This document shows positions 24,304 through 37,249 of a stretch of DNA of 64,000 nucleotides, piece after piece. The notes under the pieces are model-generated. The model did no database searches. It was not told the origin of the DNA and saw only the letters and a program-made list of their open reading frames with translations. The translations under genes were made by a program, and so were the position numbers. This DNA comes from Cetorhinus maximus. Its lineage: Eukaryota. Location of the stretch: NCBI RefSeq assembly GCF_964194155.1, contig NC_135880.1:148242001-148306000 (forward strand), given 5' to 3'. Position 1 is the stretch's first letter; each line of letters begins with the position of its first letter.

Positions 24304-25001
24304 ATTACTTCACAGTGGTGTTTGCTTCATGGAGTGAAATTCCTGGTGCCACATTGGGCCAAAGTGGGAATACAACAGTTGGGAGAATCAGCTTTCTGTA
24401 TTCTACCCTGACTAGTGGATGATCCACACTAAGGTAGTTCACATGCTGCACTATATTACAGCAGAAGGTGCAACCGGTTAATCATTCACTGGCCTGGCAA
24501 AGTGTGCTTCTCAAGTACTGTTGGTGTTTAAAACAAAAACAAAAATACCTGGTAAAACTCAGCAGGTCTGGCAGCATCTGTGGAGAGGATCACAGTTAAC
24601 GTTTCGAGTCCGAATGACCCTTCAACAGAAGGTGCCATGGGAGGGGATTGAAGTGTAGGGGGTGATGGAGGAGTGGACCAGGGTGTCCCAGAGGGAACGA
24701 TCCCTGCGGAATGCCGCCAGTGGGGTGAAGGGAAGATGTGTTTGGTGGTGGCATCATGCTGGAGTTGGCGGAAATGGCAGAGGATGATCCTTTGAATGCG
24801 GAGGCTGGTGGGGTGATAAGTGAGAACAAGGGGGACCCTATCATGTTTCTGGGAGGGAGAAGAAGGTGTGAGTGTGGATGCACGGGAGATGGGCCGGACA
24901 CGGTTAAGAGCCCTGCCAACCGCCGTGGGTGGAAAACCTCGGTTAAGGAAGGAGGAGGACATGTCAGAGGAACTGTTTTTGAAAGTGGCATCATCAGAAC
25001 A

Positions 25002-25751
25002 GACATGTCATCCTTCTTCCTTAACCGAGGTTTTCCACTCACAGCGGTTGACAGGGCTCTTAACCGTGTACGGCCCATCTCCCGTGCATCCGCCCTCACA
25101 CCTTCTTCTCCCTCCCAGAAACATGATAGGGTCCCCCTTGTCCTCACTTATCACCCCACCAGCCTCCGCATTCAAAGGATCATCCTCCACCATTTCCGCC
25201 AACTCCAGCATGATGCCACCACCAAACACATCTTCCCTTCACCCCCCCAGGCGGCATTCCGCAGGGATCATTCCCTCCGGGACACTCTGGTCCACTCCGC
25301 CATTACCCCCTACACCTCAACCCCCTCCCACGGCACCTTCCCATGCAATCGCAGAAGGTGCAACATCTGCCCCTTTACTTCCCCTCTCCTCACCATCCAA
25401 GGGCCCAAACACTCCTTTCAAGTGAAGCAGCATTTCACTTGCACTTCCCTCAACTTCGTCTACTGCATTTGTTGCTCCCAATGCGGTTTCCTCTACATTG
25501 GAGAGACCAAACGCAGACTGGGTGACCGCTTTGCAGAACACCTTCGGTCTGTCCGCAAGCATTACCCAGACCTCCCTGTCGCTTGCCATTTCAACACTCC
25601 ACCCTGCTCTCATGCCCACATGTCCATCCTCGGCTTGCTGCATTGTTCCAGTGAAGCTCAACGCAAACTGGAGGAACAGCACCTCATCTTCCGACTAGGC
25701 ACTTTACAGCCCTCCGGACTGAATATTGAGTTCAACAATTTTAGATCATGA
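25002..25751 (+). pseudogene. PLE RT thumb + GIY-YIG endonuclease coding fragment (frame still open)
   Basis: C-terminal part of ORF 24738-25751; the N-terminal ~88 aa of that ORF are antisense read-through of the inversion. Confidence 0.85.
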
Positions 25752-26142
25752 ACTCTCTCCTCCATCCCCACCCCCTTTCCGATTGTCCCCCTCCTTTTTG
25801 TTTTTTCCTATAATTTATATAGATCTTTCTTTTCCCACCTACTTCCATTATTTTTAAGTGTATTTCCATCCGTTATTTTATCTCTACCTTTTAGCCTATT
25901 TCGATCCCTTCCCCCCACACCACCCCCACTAGGGCTATTGTACCTTGCTTGTCCTGCTTTCTACTCTTAATTAGCACATTCCTTTAGATAATATCACCAC
26001 CTTCAACACCTCTTTGTTCTTTTGTCTGTGACATCTTTTGGTTATCTCCACCTATCACTGGCCCTCTATCCAGCTCTTCTTGTCCCACCCCCCCACCCCC
26101 CCTTAAACCAACTTATGTTTCACCTCTTTTCTCTTTTTACTT

Positions 26143-26182
26143 AGTCCTGTTGAAGGGTCATTTGAACTCGAAACGTTAACTG
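26143..26182 (+). ncRNA. Minimal type I hammerhead ribozyme motif in PLE terminal repeat (CUGUUGA core variant)
   Basis: AGTC CTGTTGA A GGGTC ATTTG AACTC GAAAC GT T AACT. Confidence 0.6.
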
Positions 26183-26665
26183 TGCTTCTCTCCACAGATG
26201 CTGCCAGACCTGCTGAGTTTTTCCAGGTATTTTTGTTTTTGTTTTGGATTTCCAGCATTTCCAGTTTTTTGCTTTTATCTGTTGGTGTTGAATGCGGCTC
26301 ATGTGTCCTCAAGGGAATACTGGTGACTGCCAAGTCATTTCAAGTTTAAAGACCCATCTTTTATTTAGGGAATCTTTACTTTCCCAAATACTGCTCAACT
26401 GTTACTCAGGGTGTCAAGGGCTGGTCTTGCTAGTCCAAATGGAACAATAGAGTGTTTTTCACAAATACTAAATCAAAAAATTAAGCTCACTTGCTTGGAT
26501 TGGGGTCTTGTCAGTATCTGACTGATGGCCTGGATGTTGAGGTGAAAAGCGTATCAAGTTATTTTTTAGGAGCTGTATAGTAACAGTTACTACATACTAC
26601 ATGTGGCCCAAATATACCTGCAACAGGGAGTCATCCTCATATCTTTTGCAAGTATATAAGGAGGA

Positions 26666-27392
26666 CCTGCGGTCTGTCTGCAAGAAAGACCCAAACCTCC
26701 CTGTCGCTTGCCATTTTAACACTCCACCCTGCTCTCTTTCCCACATGTCTGTCCTTGGCTTGCTGCATTGTTCCAGTGAAGCCCAACGCAAACTGGAGGA
26801 ACAGCACCTCATCTTCCGACTAGGTACTTTACATCCTTCCGGACTGAATATTGAATTCAATAACTTTAGATCTTGAACTCCCTCCTCCATCCCCACCCCC
26901 TTTCCTTTTCTTCCCCCTCCCTTTTGTTTTTTCCAATAATTTATATAGATTTTTCTTTTCCCACCTATTTCCAATATTTTTAAATCTATACCTGTAATGC
27001 CCTGTCAGTCTTTCCACCCCATCCTCACTAGAGCTGTACCTTGAGTGTCCTGCCATCCATTCTTAATTAGCACATTCTCTTAGATAATATTAGATAATAT
27101 CACCACCTTCAACACCTCTTTGTTCCTTTATCTGTGACATCTTTTGATTATCTGCTCCTATCACTGTTTGCTTGCAACCACCCCACCCTCAACTTCTCTC
27201 CCCCGCCCCCCCACCTTAAACCAGCTTATATTTCACCCCTCTCCTAATATTCCTCAGTTCTGTTGAAGGGTCATGAGGACTCAAAACGTCAACTCTTTTC
27301 TTCTCCACCGATGCTGCCAGACCTGATGAGTTTTTCCAGGTAATTCTGTTTTTGTTTTGGATTTCCAGCATCCGCAGTAGTTTTTTTGTTTT
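26666..27392 (+). mobile_element. PLE 3' fragment (second subfamily) inserted in a CR1 fragment that resumes at 27393-27700
   Basis: VACHFNTPPCS...LEEQHLIFRLGTLHPSGLNIEF; TSD TATATAAGGAGGA at 26653-26665 and 27393-27405; hammerhead-like motif 27255-27294. Confidence 0.9.
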
Positions 27393-28119
27393 TATATAAG
27401 GAGGAATTGAGCTACAGTAAATGTTGGTCCCTTAGAGGCAGAGACAGGAGGACTTATCATGGGGAATGAGGAAATGGCAGAGAAATTGAACAATTATTTT
27501 CTGCCTGTCTTCACAGAAGAAGACACAAGTGACAGGTCAGAAATAGAGAGTAATCTAGGGAGGGGCTAATAAGAGAGAGGGAATTAAGGTAATTAATATC
27601 AACAGAGAAATAGTACTGGAAAAAAGTAAGGGAGTAAAAGCCGACAAATTCCACGGACAGATGGCCACATTCTAGCCTTCCAAAAGGGATAGCTACAATC
27701 TGTCTCCATTCCCCTGCCTCCAAAATCTTTATCCTCTGTACTCCTTAGGTCGTTCTCAGCATTCTGTGCAGAATAACTGAATAAGATTCTGTTCCTTGTA
27801 AATCCCATTGTAAAATGCTGTTCATTCCTGAAGTGACGCAGCATTTCCAAGTTGCCTGTTTGTCGCTGCCAGTCCTTATGCTGACAATGTGCTATGGTAC
27901 TTTTCCTCACTCAGGGCTGCATTTAGAGTTCTAGGATGTGCTAAAAGTTAGCAATGAATAAGCACGGTATATAGTGGGGAAAAGATGTGGGGTTGCTCTC
28001 ACGAGTTAGGACACTTAAAACAACTCTTTGAATGTGAGATAATACCTTCAAAGATTTTCTCCAGAGAAATTGTGCCTATGCATCCTGATGATGAAATCCT
28101 CATTTTTCTCCTGTCTCTG

Positions 28120-29415
28120 TCCAGGTGAGAGGTTGCTGCTTGTGGCACTTCTGAAAGTGTGCATTCATGGCTTGACAGCCGATTTCCAACTCCTTGCAAG
28201 TCAGTTCACCATTCCTTCCCTCCATTCACTCTAATCTGACTTTCCCTGCTGTCAGCATTCACCACAGCATGGGAGCAGCTTAGGCAGCTCCACTTTGAAC
28301 CTCCGAGGAGCAGCAGCAACAATATCAACAGCAGCAGCAGCAGCAAAACCAGCAGCAGCATTTGCCTTCTCCTCAGCCACATACCATTCCACAGGGCAGA
28401 GATCCTGGAAACTCAGATCCAGCTAACAGGATGCGAGTCCCCCAAAGCAGGGTCTACATGCAGAGGGTCAGCTCTCTTGATATGTGTAATCACCAGTATG
28501 TCAGGGGGCTCAGGCTTTCATGGCAGGGCATTGCTGGAACAAAACCTCCCTCCCAGTGGAGCAGCTGGACAAAAATTGCAAGTGGTCATCAAGTTGCCTG
28601 TGACTGGAGGCCCAGCCCCCTGTTCTCTGCCTCTCCCTACTATCCTGTGCTGTTTTCTTCTGGAAGGAGAATAATGTGGAGAATTGTGTGTCAGAAATTA
28701 ATTATCTGGGGAGGTGGGTAGCACAAAATTTGTGGAAGGCATGAAGCATGGATACGAGATGGTGCAAAGATGAGGCTGGGTGTGTGAGTGTTGGGTGTTC
28801 AGATGGGGATGTGTGGTGATGTCTGTAGAGAGAGGAATGATTGGAGCTGCAAGGTGCGTTGGTGTGAGTGCGGACTGTTGTGTATGAGAATGCTGGGACA
28901 GGTAACCAGAACGAGTTATGCCATTGCCCTCCTGGAATCTTTGAACCTCTTTGGGCACGGGCTCCTGATTAGAGAACCCATACTTCAGCTGCTCACTTCC
29001 TTGGCCACTTCCATCCACACCTGTCAGGCTGGCCTCTTCTGCTCATCTTTGACCTCAGTTGAGTCTTGCAGCAAGACCTCCAGCTAAGAACCCAATACCT
29101 GGGAGGCAGCCTTCCAGGTATCAATGTACAATTTAGTCATTCTAGCCCCTGCTAAGGTCAAATGTTACCCAGATGCTGCAGATATCAGCAACGACCTGCC
29201 ATGAAAGCCTCAGCCTCATAGAAAATCTTCCCTTTGACAAATTCAGCACCTCATCCGGATACCTTTTCTGAGTAGTCGGGAAATGCGGAAGCAGAATGCT
29301 AGTGCTGTGGCTGAGTTAAAGACCCCTGGCAAAACCTGCTATGGAATCAAACAGGTTTGCAATCTGCTACTGACCTCCCCACCTTGTGCAGGCTTATCAG
29401 GATAAGATTTCACTC
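28120..29415. mobile_element. Second copy of the old Harbinger deletion derivative (paralog of 22768-24303)
   Basis: Colinear similarity incl. CAG-rich tract, RVYMQRVSSLDM relic and right end AAGATTTCACTC followed by ATT. Confidence 0.7.
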
Positions 29416-29639
29416 ATTGCTTCCCATTGGTGCTTGAATCATGTGATCAGATTCCTGGTACTACATTAGGTCGGAGTGGAAACACAGCAGTCAGGGGAAT
29501 CAGCTGTTCAATAATCGAGCCTGCAGGGGATGATCCACGCTGAGGGAGTCCACATGCTGTAGTATGTTGCAGCAGAAGGTGAAACTGGTTAATCCAGCTG
29601 GCTCAGTAACTGAGGCCAGGAGAGCCTAAAGGAAAATAA

Positions 29640-29822
29640 TCAAATTCCAGTGAATTACAGGAGCGGGATCAGATCCCAGTGAATTACTGGAGCAGGATCA
29701 GATCTCAGTACATGAAAGGAATTTAATCAGATTCCAATGCAGGAGCAGATGATGATCAGATCCCAGTGAATGAAAGGAATGGGATCAGATCCCTGTGAAT
29801 TAAAGGAGTGGGATCAGAGCCC
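29640..29822 (+). repeat. 29-bp minisatellite, about 6 copies
   Basis: Unit ~TCAGATCCCAGTGAATTAAAGGAGTGGGA; a stray unit near 31695-31727. Confidence 0.85.
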
Positions 29823-29824
29823 AT

Positions 29825-31260
29825 TATTTTTTTGATTTATTTATTCATTCACAGAATGTGGGTGTTACTGACAAGGTCAATATTTATTGGCCAATCATAG
29901 TTGCCTGTCATAAAGCTACTAATGTATATATAATATTATTGGGAAATATTTTTCATTAAAATAGAGGTTTAGTCTGTGGGTGTGTCTTAACTGGATTAAA
30001 GCCAGCTGGTCTTGGTGCTTTGACGCGTACTAGTTTTGATATAGAAGAGAGGCAGAGCACATTTGCATTTTTTTTTTGAATAGAGCATTCAAGAAGTAGA
30101 GTGAAACCTGACACCTAGCTTGCAGAGACTAAGCAATATGTTTATATTACTAATAAAATTATTACTATGAAAGGGGTTTATTGTTAAAAGAGGTGGAGTT
30201 CAAAGAGGCGGTTATGCAATGAGAATTTACATTCAATGAGATGTGCTGGATATAACCGATAGCAATTTTGTGTGTGCAGGGCAGAGGCAATATAAGATCA
30301 AAGCAGCTGTAAGCCTCCACAGGAACCAAAGTGAAAATAATCTCTTTTTGAATTTGTAAGGTAAAAATGCTTTGCCTGGTGTCTGGTTAAGTCTATGGGT
30401 TGCTGTTGCCTTATTGGAGATTAGTTTGGGAATTTGTTAAAAGTTATGATAGTAATTTGCAGACATGTGTATATATTTAACTAGTGTAAATTAATACAAT
30501 GTTTCATTTAATTTAATATAAAACCTCTCAAGAAGTGATGGTCTGATTCCTGAATTTAGAGCTGCATCTCAAACATATAAAAGTAAAAGTATAGGTTATG
30601 ACAGTTGTTTAAAGTTTCCCTCTGGGATTTTTAAAAAAAACTCAGATTTAACAACTGCTGGGTCATAACATTGCCCTTGAGAGGATGGTATCAGCTGGGG
30701 AATTCCAGGATTTTTAACCAGTGACGATGAAGGTATCATGTTCTAGTTCCAAAGCAGGATGGTGTGTGATTTGAGGGGGAACCAGGAGATGCTGGTGTTC
30801 CTGCATTTGCTTCCTTTTCCCTTCTATATGGTAAGGTTGCAGCATTTGAAGGTACTGTCAAAGAAGCCTTGAGTTTCTGCAATGGATCTTCTAGATGGTA
30901 CATACTGCAGTCATGTTGCACCGGTGATGAATGGCTTTAATGTTTAAGGTGATGATCAGGATGCCAATGGTCAGCTTTCTACTGATTGATGTCAAGTTTC
31001 TTGAGTGTTGTGGGAACTGCAGGGAAGTAGATGGTATTCCCTCCCACTCCTGACTTGTTCTTTGTTGGTGATGGACAGGCTATGGGGAGACTGGAGGTGA
31101 ATCACTCATTACAGAATACCCTCCTTAGACCTGCTGTTGTAGCCAGAGAATTTTTGTGTTTTAGCCAGTTCAGTTTCTAGTCAATGGTGTACCTCAAGAT
31201 GTTGATGATGGGGAATTTAGTGAATCCAGGTAATGGTGTCGAATGTCAATGACAGATGTT
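29825..31260 (-). mobile_element. Decayed CR1-group LINE 3' fragment interrupted by solo LTR
   Basis: Same tail and body as 17210-18000; continuous across the LTR. Confidence 0.75.
29906..30670 (+). mobile_element. Solo LTR (765 bp)
   Basis: TGTCATAA...TCATAACA termini; 5-bp TSD TTGCC at 29901-29905 and 30671-30675. Confidence 0.9.
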
Positions 31261-31374
31261 TGTGAGGAGGATGTTTCAGGGTCAATTGGGCATGCGTGCA
31301 TCTTTGTTGTGTTCAAACATGATACGTAGGTGAAGGTCGAGTAGACCAACCAATATTATTCCTCATGTGCCTTT

Positions 31375-31685
31375 TTGAAAGGATTTTGATACAACTGTGT
31401 GGATTGCTCGGTCATTCAGAGTGGATCTGGAATCACACACACACCAGACTGGGTAAGGGTGGCAGGTTTCCTTCCCTAAAGGACATTAGCCAACCATTTT
31501 TACAACAATCTCTTAGCTTCATAGTCAACATTCTGCCCCGAGTCTTTTTCTTGGGGTTCATTTAATTAACTGAATTCAAATCCGCAACGTACCATGGTTG
31601 GGTTTGAATTTAAATCACCAGATTATAAATCCAGGCCCCTGGATTATAAATTAAATCCATTAATATAACCATCATGCTACCATAC
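31375..31685 (-). mobile_element. tRNA-derived SINE fragment
   Basis: TTTCCTTCCCTAAAGGACATTAG and reverse tRNA-like head; related to 53100-54070. Confidence 0.6.
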
Positions 31686-32206
31686 CTGAGATAAAAGAAG
31701 TGGAGTCATATCCCAATGAATTAAAGGATGTTATAACTGGCACATAAAAAAGGAGGAATAGTTTTTATTCAAAGTATATTGACACAGAAGTGGGAACTCT
31801 GGACACCCCACCAACAGTTTTCAATTCATTGATGAATTGATGAAAGTAACTGCTTTGACAGAGTTGGACTGGAGATGGTGTCTGCAAAGTAGGAATAGAA
31901 CGCAATCACCTTGTAATGCATGGATTTATTAAGAACCAGAATGATCTCCTGGATTAATTTTCAATCACCTAAGGTGGTCAGAGAGGATTTTCCAGAAATG
32001 TTTTCTTTGAAATTAACCTTAATGTTAACCAGTTTATTTTGACACTCCCAGGAGATATGACAGTCTTGGTTGAGCTGAAGAAATCTATATATTGTGCTGT
32101 TTAAGGCACTACAGTTATGTGGGACAGGCTGGATGGACAACAGCACCTTTTCATGCCGGTCATTTTGCATATGTTCTTATGCTTTATTTCAATGACTTAA
32201 GCATCA

Positions 32207-34525
32207 GGGCAGAATTTTACCTTTGGCGTGCGGGCACACGGATGACATGCCCAAGTGTGCCGACATCAACGTGCCCTCTCGCGATATTTTGCTAGGCGGG
32301 TGCGCGAAGAGGATGGAGGTGTTAATTAAGTGGACAGTTAAGACCCTTGAGAGACCAATTGTCTCCAACTTTATGTAGCCAGTGCGATTTTCAGACCGTC
32401 GCATGGGCAAAATGGGCAGGTGGGCTGGCCACAATTTGCAGAACCTCATCCACGGGTGGGATAAGTGGGGTCAGAGGCCTTGACAAAGCGAATAGTGAGG
32501 AGTTTTGGATATCACTTGCTGCTGCTTGCTTCTGTGAACAGGAGAGCTTCATTTTGCTTCAGGGCTGTATTCAGAGCACTTAGAGGCTTCAGTTCAGGAC
32601 ACAGTGTTGTCTTCCAGGCCCCCGGAGGATTCACACCGCGTGGGGGCTTCCAGGTGTCAGACAGCCTTCCCTTACCTTGGTACTGGGGATTGTGGTCTTC
32701 GCTGGAGGCACCTCCTCTGAGGACGAAGAGAGGGCCAAGAGGGGAGGAGGCCGGGTGTCCCTATCAGCTTCCAGGGGACGGACCTCTGGAAGGAGAGGCA
32801 CAGGCACAAGGGGCGCAGGGCCAACAGGAAGGCCAAGGTGGAAGCGGCACAGAAGATGCCAATATCCTACCTCAATATGTCTGAGGTGCAATGACGAAGG
32901 ACGCTCCATCTCTCAAGGGAGACAGTGATCTCCGTCTGTCAGAGGATCGACCCTGAGATCAGCTCTGACTGTGTAGGTGGACACCCCATGCCAGTGGTTC
33001 TGAAGGAGACAGTGGCCCTCAACTTCTATGCCCCCAGCTCTTTGCAGGGGCCGGTGGGTGATCTGTGTGGAGTCTCCCAATCAGCTGTCCACAGTTGCAT
33101 CAAACTGGTGACAGACGCTCTGTCCAGGTGTGCATTGACCTTCATTCATCACTGTATGGACGATGCCAGCCAGGTAGAGCGAGACAGAGGCTTTGTGGTC
33201 ATTGCTGGGTTCCTCTGTATCCAGGGTGCAATCGACTGCACACATGTGGCCGTCAAGGCGCCAGCAGCTCAGCCGGGTACCTTCATAAACAGGAAGGGCT
33301 TCCACTCCATGAATGTGCTGATAGTGTGTGATCACAGGATGCAGATTCTGCAAGTCTGTGCAAGGTACCCTGGCAGCCACCATGACACTTAATTCCTGAG
33401 ACACTCCCAGGTGCCGAGGCTCTTCAGTGCTCCAGCCCGGCTGGATAGATGGCTGCTGGGTGACAAGGGCTATCTGCTCAAAAGGTGGCTCATGATGCCT
33501 CCCCACCACCCAAGAACAGAGCAGCGGTACAACAGGAGCCACGCCTCCACAAGGGCAGCAGTAGAGAGAATCATCAGCCTTCTCAAGATGAGTATCCGAT
33601 GTTAGGACCATTTCGGGGGCGCAATCCAATATCCCCCAGATCATGTGTCACTTATAGTGGTTGTATACTGCACTCTACACAATCTGGCACTGGAAAGTGG
33701 GGACGCATTGGAGGAAGAAGATCTTGACGCAGCTGCACAGGCAACAGACGATGAGTCCAGTAGTGAGTCTGAGGACGAGCACGCTCAGGAGAACACTGAA
33801 GGCATAGACACTGACCTGGGCAACCTCCAGGGAGGCAGGGACACCTGATCCAATGCTCCTTCAGCTAGCCTACCAAATAAGACCCACCACCACATGCCAG
33901 GACTGCTGACCCCATACTCAATCCCTGACAGGACCAGTTCCTTGGTCAACAACATACACTATGTGCCATTTCAATAAAGTTGAAGGCGTCACACATCCAT
34001 CATAAAATCATGGCTTACCCTGCACCTGCAGAACAAATGAAGCATCCAGAGGCCAGTTGCAAAAAAAAACATCTCGTTTACTGCTGACTGACAAATATTG
34101 CAGAAATTAACATTGACCGGTGTTTTGCATCACACCATTTAAAAAAGAACCTCCTCTTCCCGTCCCTGGGGACAAATGTTTCTTTCCATGCTGCTGGAGG
34201 CTGACTGCCCCGCCAGCCTGCCCTCCCACCTGCCGTGTCCACCCATTCACAGAACTTCTGTGTCCTTTGGTGCCAGCCTTCCAGAGGCTTCCGAGGCTGC
34301 ATTTGAATCGGACGTCTGGTCGCCATTGGACCTAGCGGACATTAAGCCCCCACCCCCTGCACACCCATTCGCGCTCATTCACAGGCTTGGTCTCACTCCG
34401 GATGGGCCTTAATTAGCCCGCTTGCGTAAAATCGGGGAGCGCTGCCGATCGCGGGCGGCAATTGGCTTCCTGAGCACCCCTGCCCGTTCCTGCTGAGCAC
34501 TCCCGTCAAGGGTAAAATTCTGCCC
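32207..34525 (+). mobile_element. Harbinger element with decayed transposase; Myb gene deleted except an exon-1 relic (~34120-34326, minus)
   Basis: Perfect TIR GGGCAGAATTTTACC/GGTAAAATTCTGCCC; TSD probably CAG (ambiguous by one G). Confidence 0.9.
32683..33868 (+). pseudogene. Harbinger DDE transposase, disabled
   Basis: VALNFYA, GAIDCTHV, RKGFHSMNV, YPGSHHD, LLGDKGY, RAAVERII, LHNLAL; start codon reads CTG, internal stops. Confidence 0.92.
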
Positions 34526-36719
34526 CAGAAGTTTAACATCTGGGAATAAACATGAAAGGAAAATGAAGTACCTTTGTGTGGTCTGATTTACATATGGATC
34601 ACATCAAGGAACAGATAGAAGAAAAGGTGAGTTCTCCTGTGGGGGATTGCAGCCTGGGGATTGTCACTGGGCTCAGCTACTGACTGGGTGAAACCCCTGA
34701 GCCACACAGCAGGCAAGGCTCAGATACTATTTATAGCCCACACATACAGATGGGCAAATAGACTATCAAGCTCATCAAGCTTGTCCCATCCAGCAGACAG
34801 TATTAACTTTCTGTCCCACTGCCTATGAATGCTGTCTCTTGGAAGATGGCTATTTCAGGGAAAACTCTAGGCAATTCCTCCCCTACTCTTTGAGGCCTCA
34901 GGAGAGCTAAATTACAATTGAACCTAGCTATTAGCTCCCTGTACTGGCAATGTTTTCCCAAGAACTTGTCGTTTATAGGACTGTAGTGACTCCACACTCG
35001 CCACATGTTGTCCTAATTTTCTTTTGGAATATGTGACAAGTCATACCATCTTGTATCTATCAGCATAACTGCCAAAACTCAGATAGCCAGCCAGAGAATG
35101 ACAGAATACTGAAGTCAAGCCTTTATTCATTTGCAAAGATACACATTACATACCAAGAGAAACTGCAATTTTTCAGTCTGTCCCCACCTATATATAATAT
35201 TAATACCCTCCACCTGAATACAATAAATATGCAATTAACAGATTCCCTTCTCTCTCTTTAAATAAAAGTAACAAAAATAGACTTTGTGTACACAATCAAA
35301 ATATCAAAAAAATTAAAGACTTCCATACTCTGTACAAAGCATTACATTGTAGTGACTCTCTTTGTGCACACGTCTTTTAGTAAAACAATTAGAGTGACTT
35401 GGAATCACCAATTTAATTTTAAAGATTTCTTTTCAACATTTGTGAAAAATAGAACAAGGTCAATTCATAATGTTTTCTCATACTTGACACTGAGTGTAAC
35501 ATTCTTTCACAATGAATGAATGTCCACATTATATTTAATGTGCATATTATCTTCATTACTCCCATTGAAGAGGATGTCACTTAAGATATTTGCCACACAG
35601 AATCCCAAATCCACTGCCTTTCTTTAGTCTGTAGTGTTTTCGTTCTGTGATGAACTCGTATGACTAATCAGGACGTCAGGAACACTCTCTAAAGAGGACA
35701 GTTGATTTAAAGTTACACTGGCCCCACTTTGCTTAATATCTAAACAAATTAAAGCAACACAAGTCTGATTCCCAATTTTAAATTCTACTGTAATCTTATA
35801 AATGGTGACTTTCTCAAATTCTGCTGTGCCACCCCATAAATAATAAATAATGCATCATAAAGAGGCCTGAACGTTTATCTTTATGGTACTAATAAAACAC
35901 TGGAATCTACTCTTTTAGTTGAGCACATCTTTTTCAGCAAAACAGATCTCACCAAAAATACCATATCCTGGGAGAAACATTGAAACCATAGACACTGCTT
36001 ATCTATGAAAAAAAAAATTCCATAGTTTCCTTCTGCATCTCCTGCCCCTTTAAGTGGTTTGAGAAACACTTCTCTCTAAAAAGTATCTCCTTGTAGAAAT
36101 GTGACTTTTCTGTCAATTGTCATGCACTCCCATGATTACGTGGCCAAAAGATCCAAAACCTTTTTATTAAGATTATTTTTTCAGTAGTAGGAAAGTTCAA
36201 CCTAAACCCTGTATCCTTCACTTTCTCTTAAAAATCGCCTTGCTTCATCCTTATAAGTGCATCTGCAAGGATTTTTTTAGTATAAACCCATCAATGTGAC
36301 AAAGCTGGTTGATCCATATCTGGTACCTCAGAATAAACTCCAAATTCTTTCCACCTATTTCATTCAGTTTGTTTTGATTCTGTTATTTTTTTATCCTCAA
36401 GTTTATTGGCAGCCACCAGAACTTCTTTTATGGTTCTGTTATGTGGTTGTTATGAAGTCTTTATTTCATTGTCTGATCTATTCAAGTGAAAGTTTCTGCC
36501 TCCACTTTTGTCCCTGTAAGGATATGCACCATCGGGGCTCTTTCTCTAGCTCGTTTTCTGAAACTAAAATCACTTCCACACTCACTAACAGAATTTTTTT
36601 ACCTTCCACTCTTTTACCCCATTCAGCCAATCCATTGACCTTACTTCTTGGCCATCATCTTGAACATTCAACAAAGATTTAAATCTACGAATTGACTTTT
36701 CCTGCTTATCCCAAAATTG

Positions 36720-36990
36720 TCACATCCCACCCTGGCAGCTGGTGGTAGTTAAATTCAATTAATGAAATAATATGGAATATAAAGCTAGTTTCAATAATAT
36801 TGTAAAGACCCATCTGGTTCACTAATGTCCTAATCTTCTCCTTCCCTGGTTTGTCCTACATGTGACTCCAGACCCACAGCAACGTGGTTAACCTGTAACT
36901 ACCCTCTAAAGTGTTAAGTTTGTTGTCAATTAGGGATGGGCAATAAGGCTGGCTTTGCCAGTGATGCCCACATCCCATGAAAGAATAAAG
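36720..36990 (+). mobile_element. SINE with LINE-derived 3' tail
   Basis: CCCATCTGGTTCACTAATGTCC core shared with 53100-54070; tail GCCAGTGATGCCCACATCCCATGA shared with the CR1-group LINE. Confidence 0.7.
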
Positions 36991-37249
36991 AAAATCTCGG
37001 CATTTATTAGTCCTCTTTGGAACACAGATTATCTGTGTACTCAGCGGTAATTTGTTCTGTGGATATGATATGTCATGATCATTTCCATTACAACTGTGCA
37101 GCCCTTCATCTACTCCATCTCATCAAAATAAATATGACCATTTGAGGCACAAGGGCAGAACTTTCCAATCACCAGCCATATAATTTGGACAGTTGAGGAC
37201 ATCTGGGAGTTCGTTAAATTGATTTCACAGATTTTCATGGGAGGGGAGC

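Larger units (their letters stand above)
24529..26278 (+). mobile_element. 5'-truncated PLE with inverted 5' segment
   Basis: GIY-YIG endonuclease (VYCICCSQCGFLYIGET..RFAEH, CxxxxCxxC, GLNIEF); TSD CTGTTGGTGTT at 24518-24528 and 26279-26289. Confidence 0.92.

Noticed and set aside
24738-25751. 337-aa ORF as a novel chimeric nuclease
   Set aside because: N-terminus is antisense PLE sequence from the inversion, start is TTG; only the C-terminal part is real PLE coding sequence
29640-29822. Regularly spaced TCAGATCCCAGTG repeats resembling a CRISPR array
   Set aside because: Intervening sequences are similar to each other, period is only 29 bp, no cas genes, eukaryotic context; a minisatellite
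32683-33868. Domesticated HARBI1 gene
   Set aside because: Multi-copy, flanked by TIRs, with stops, frameshifts and lost ATG
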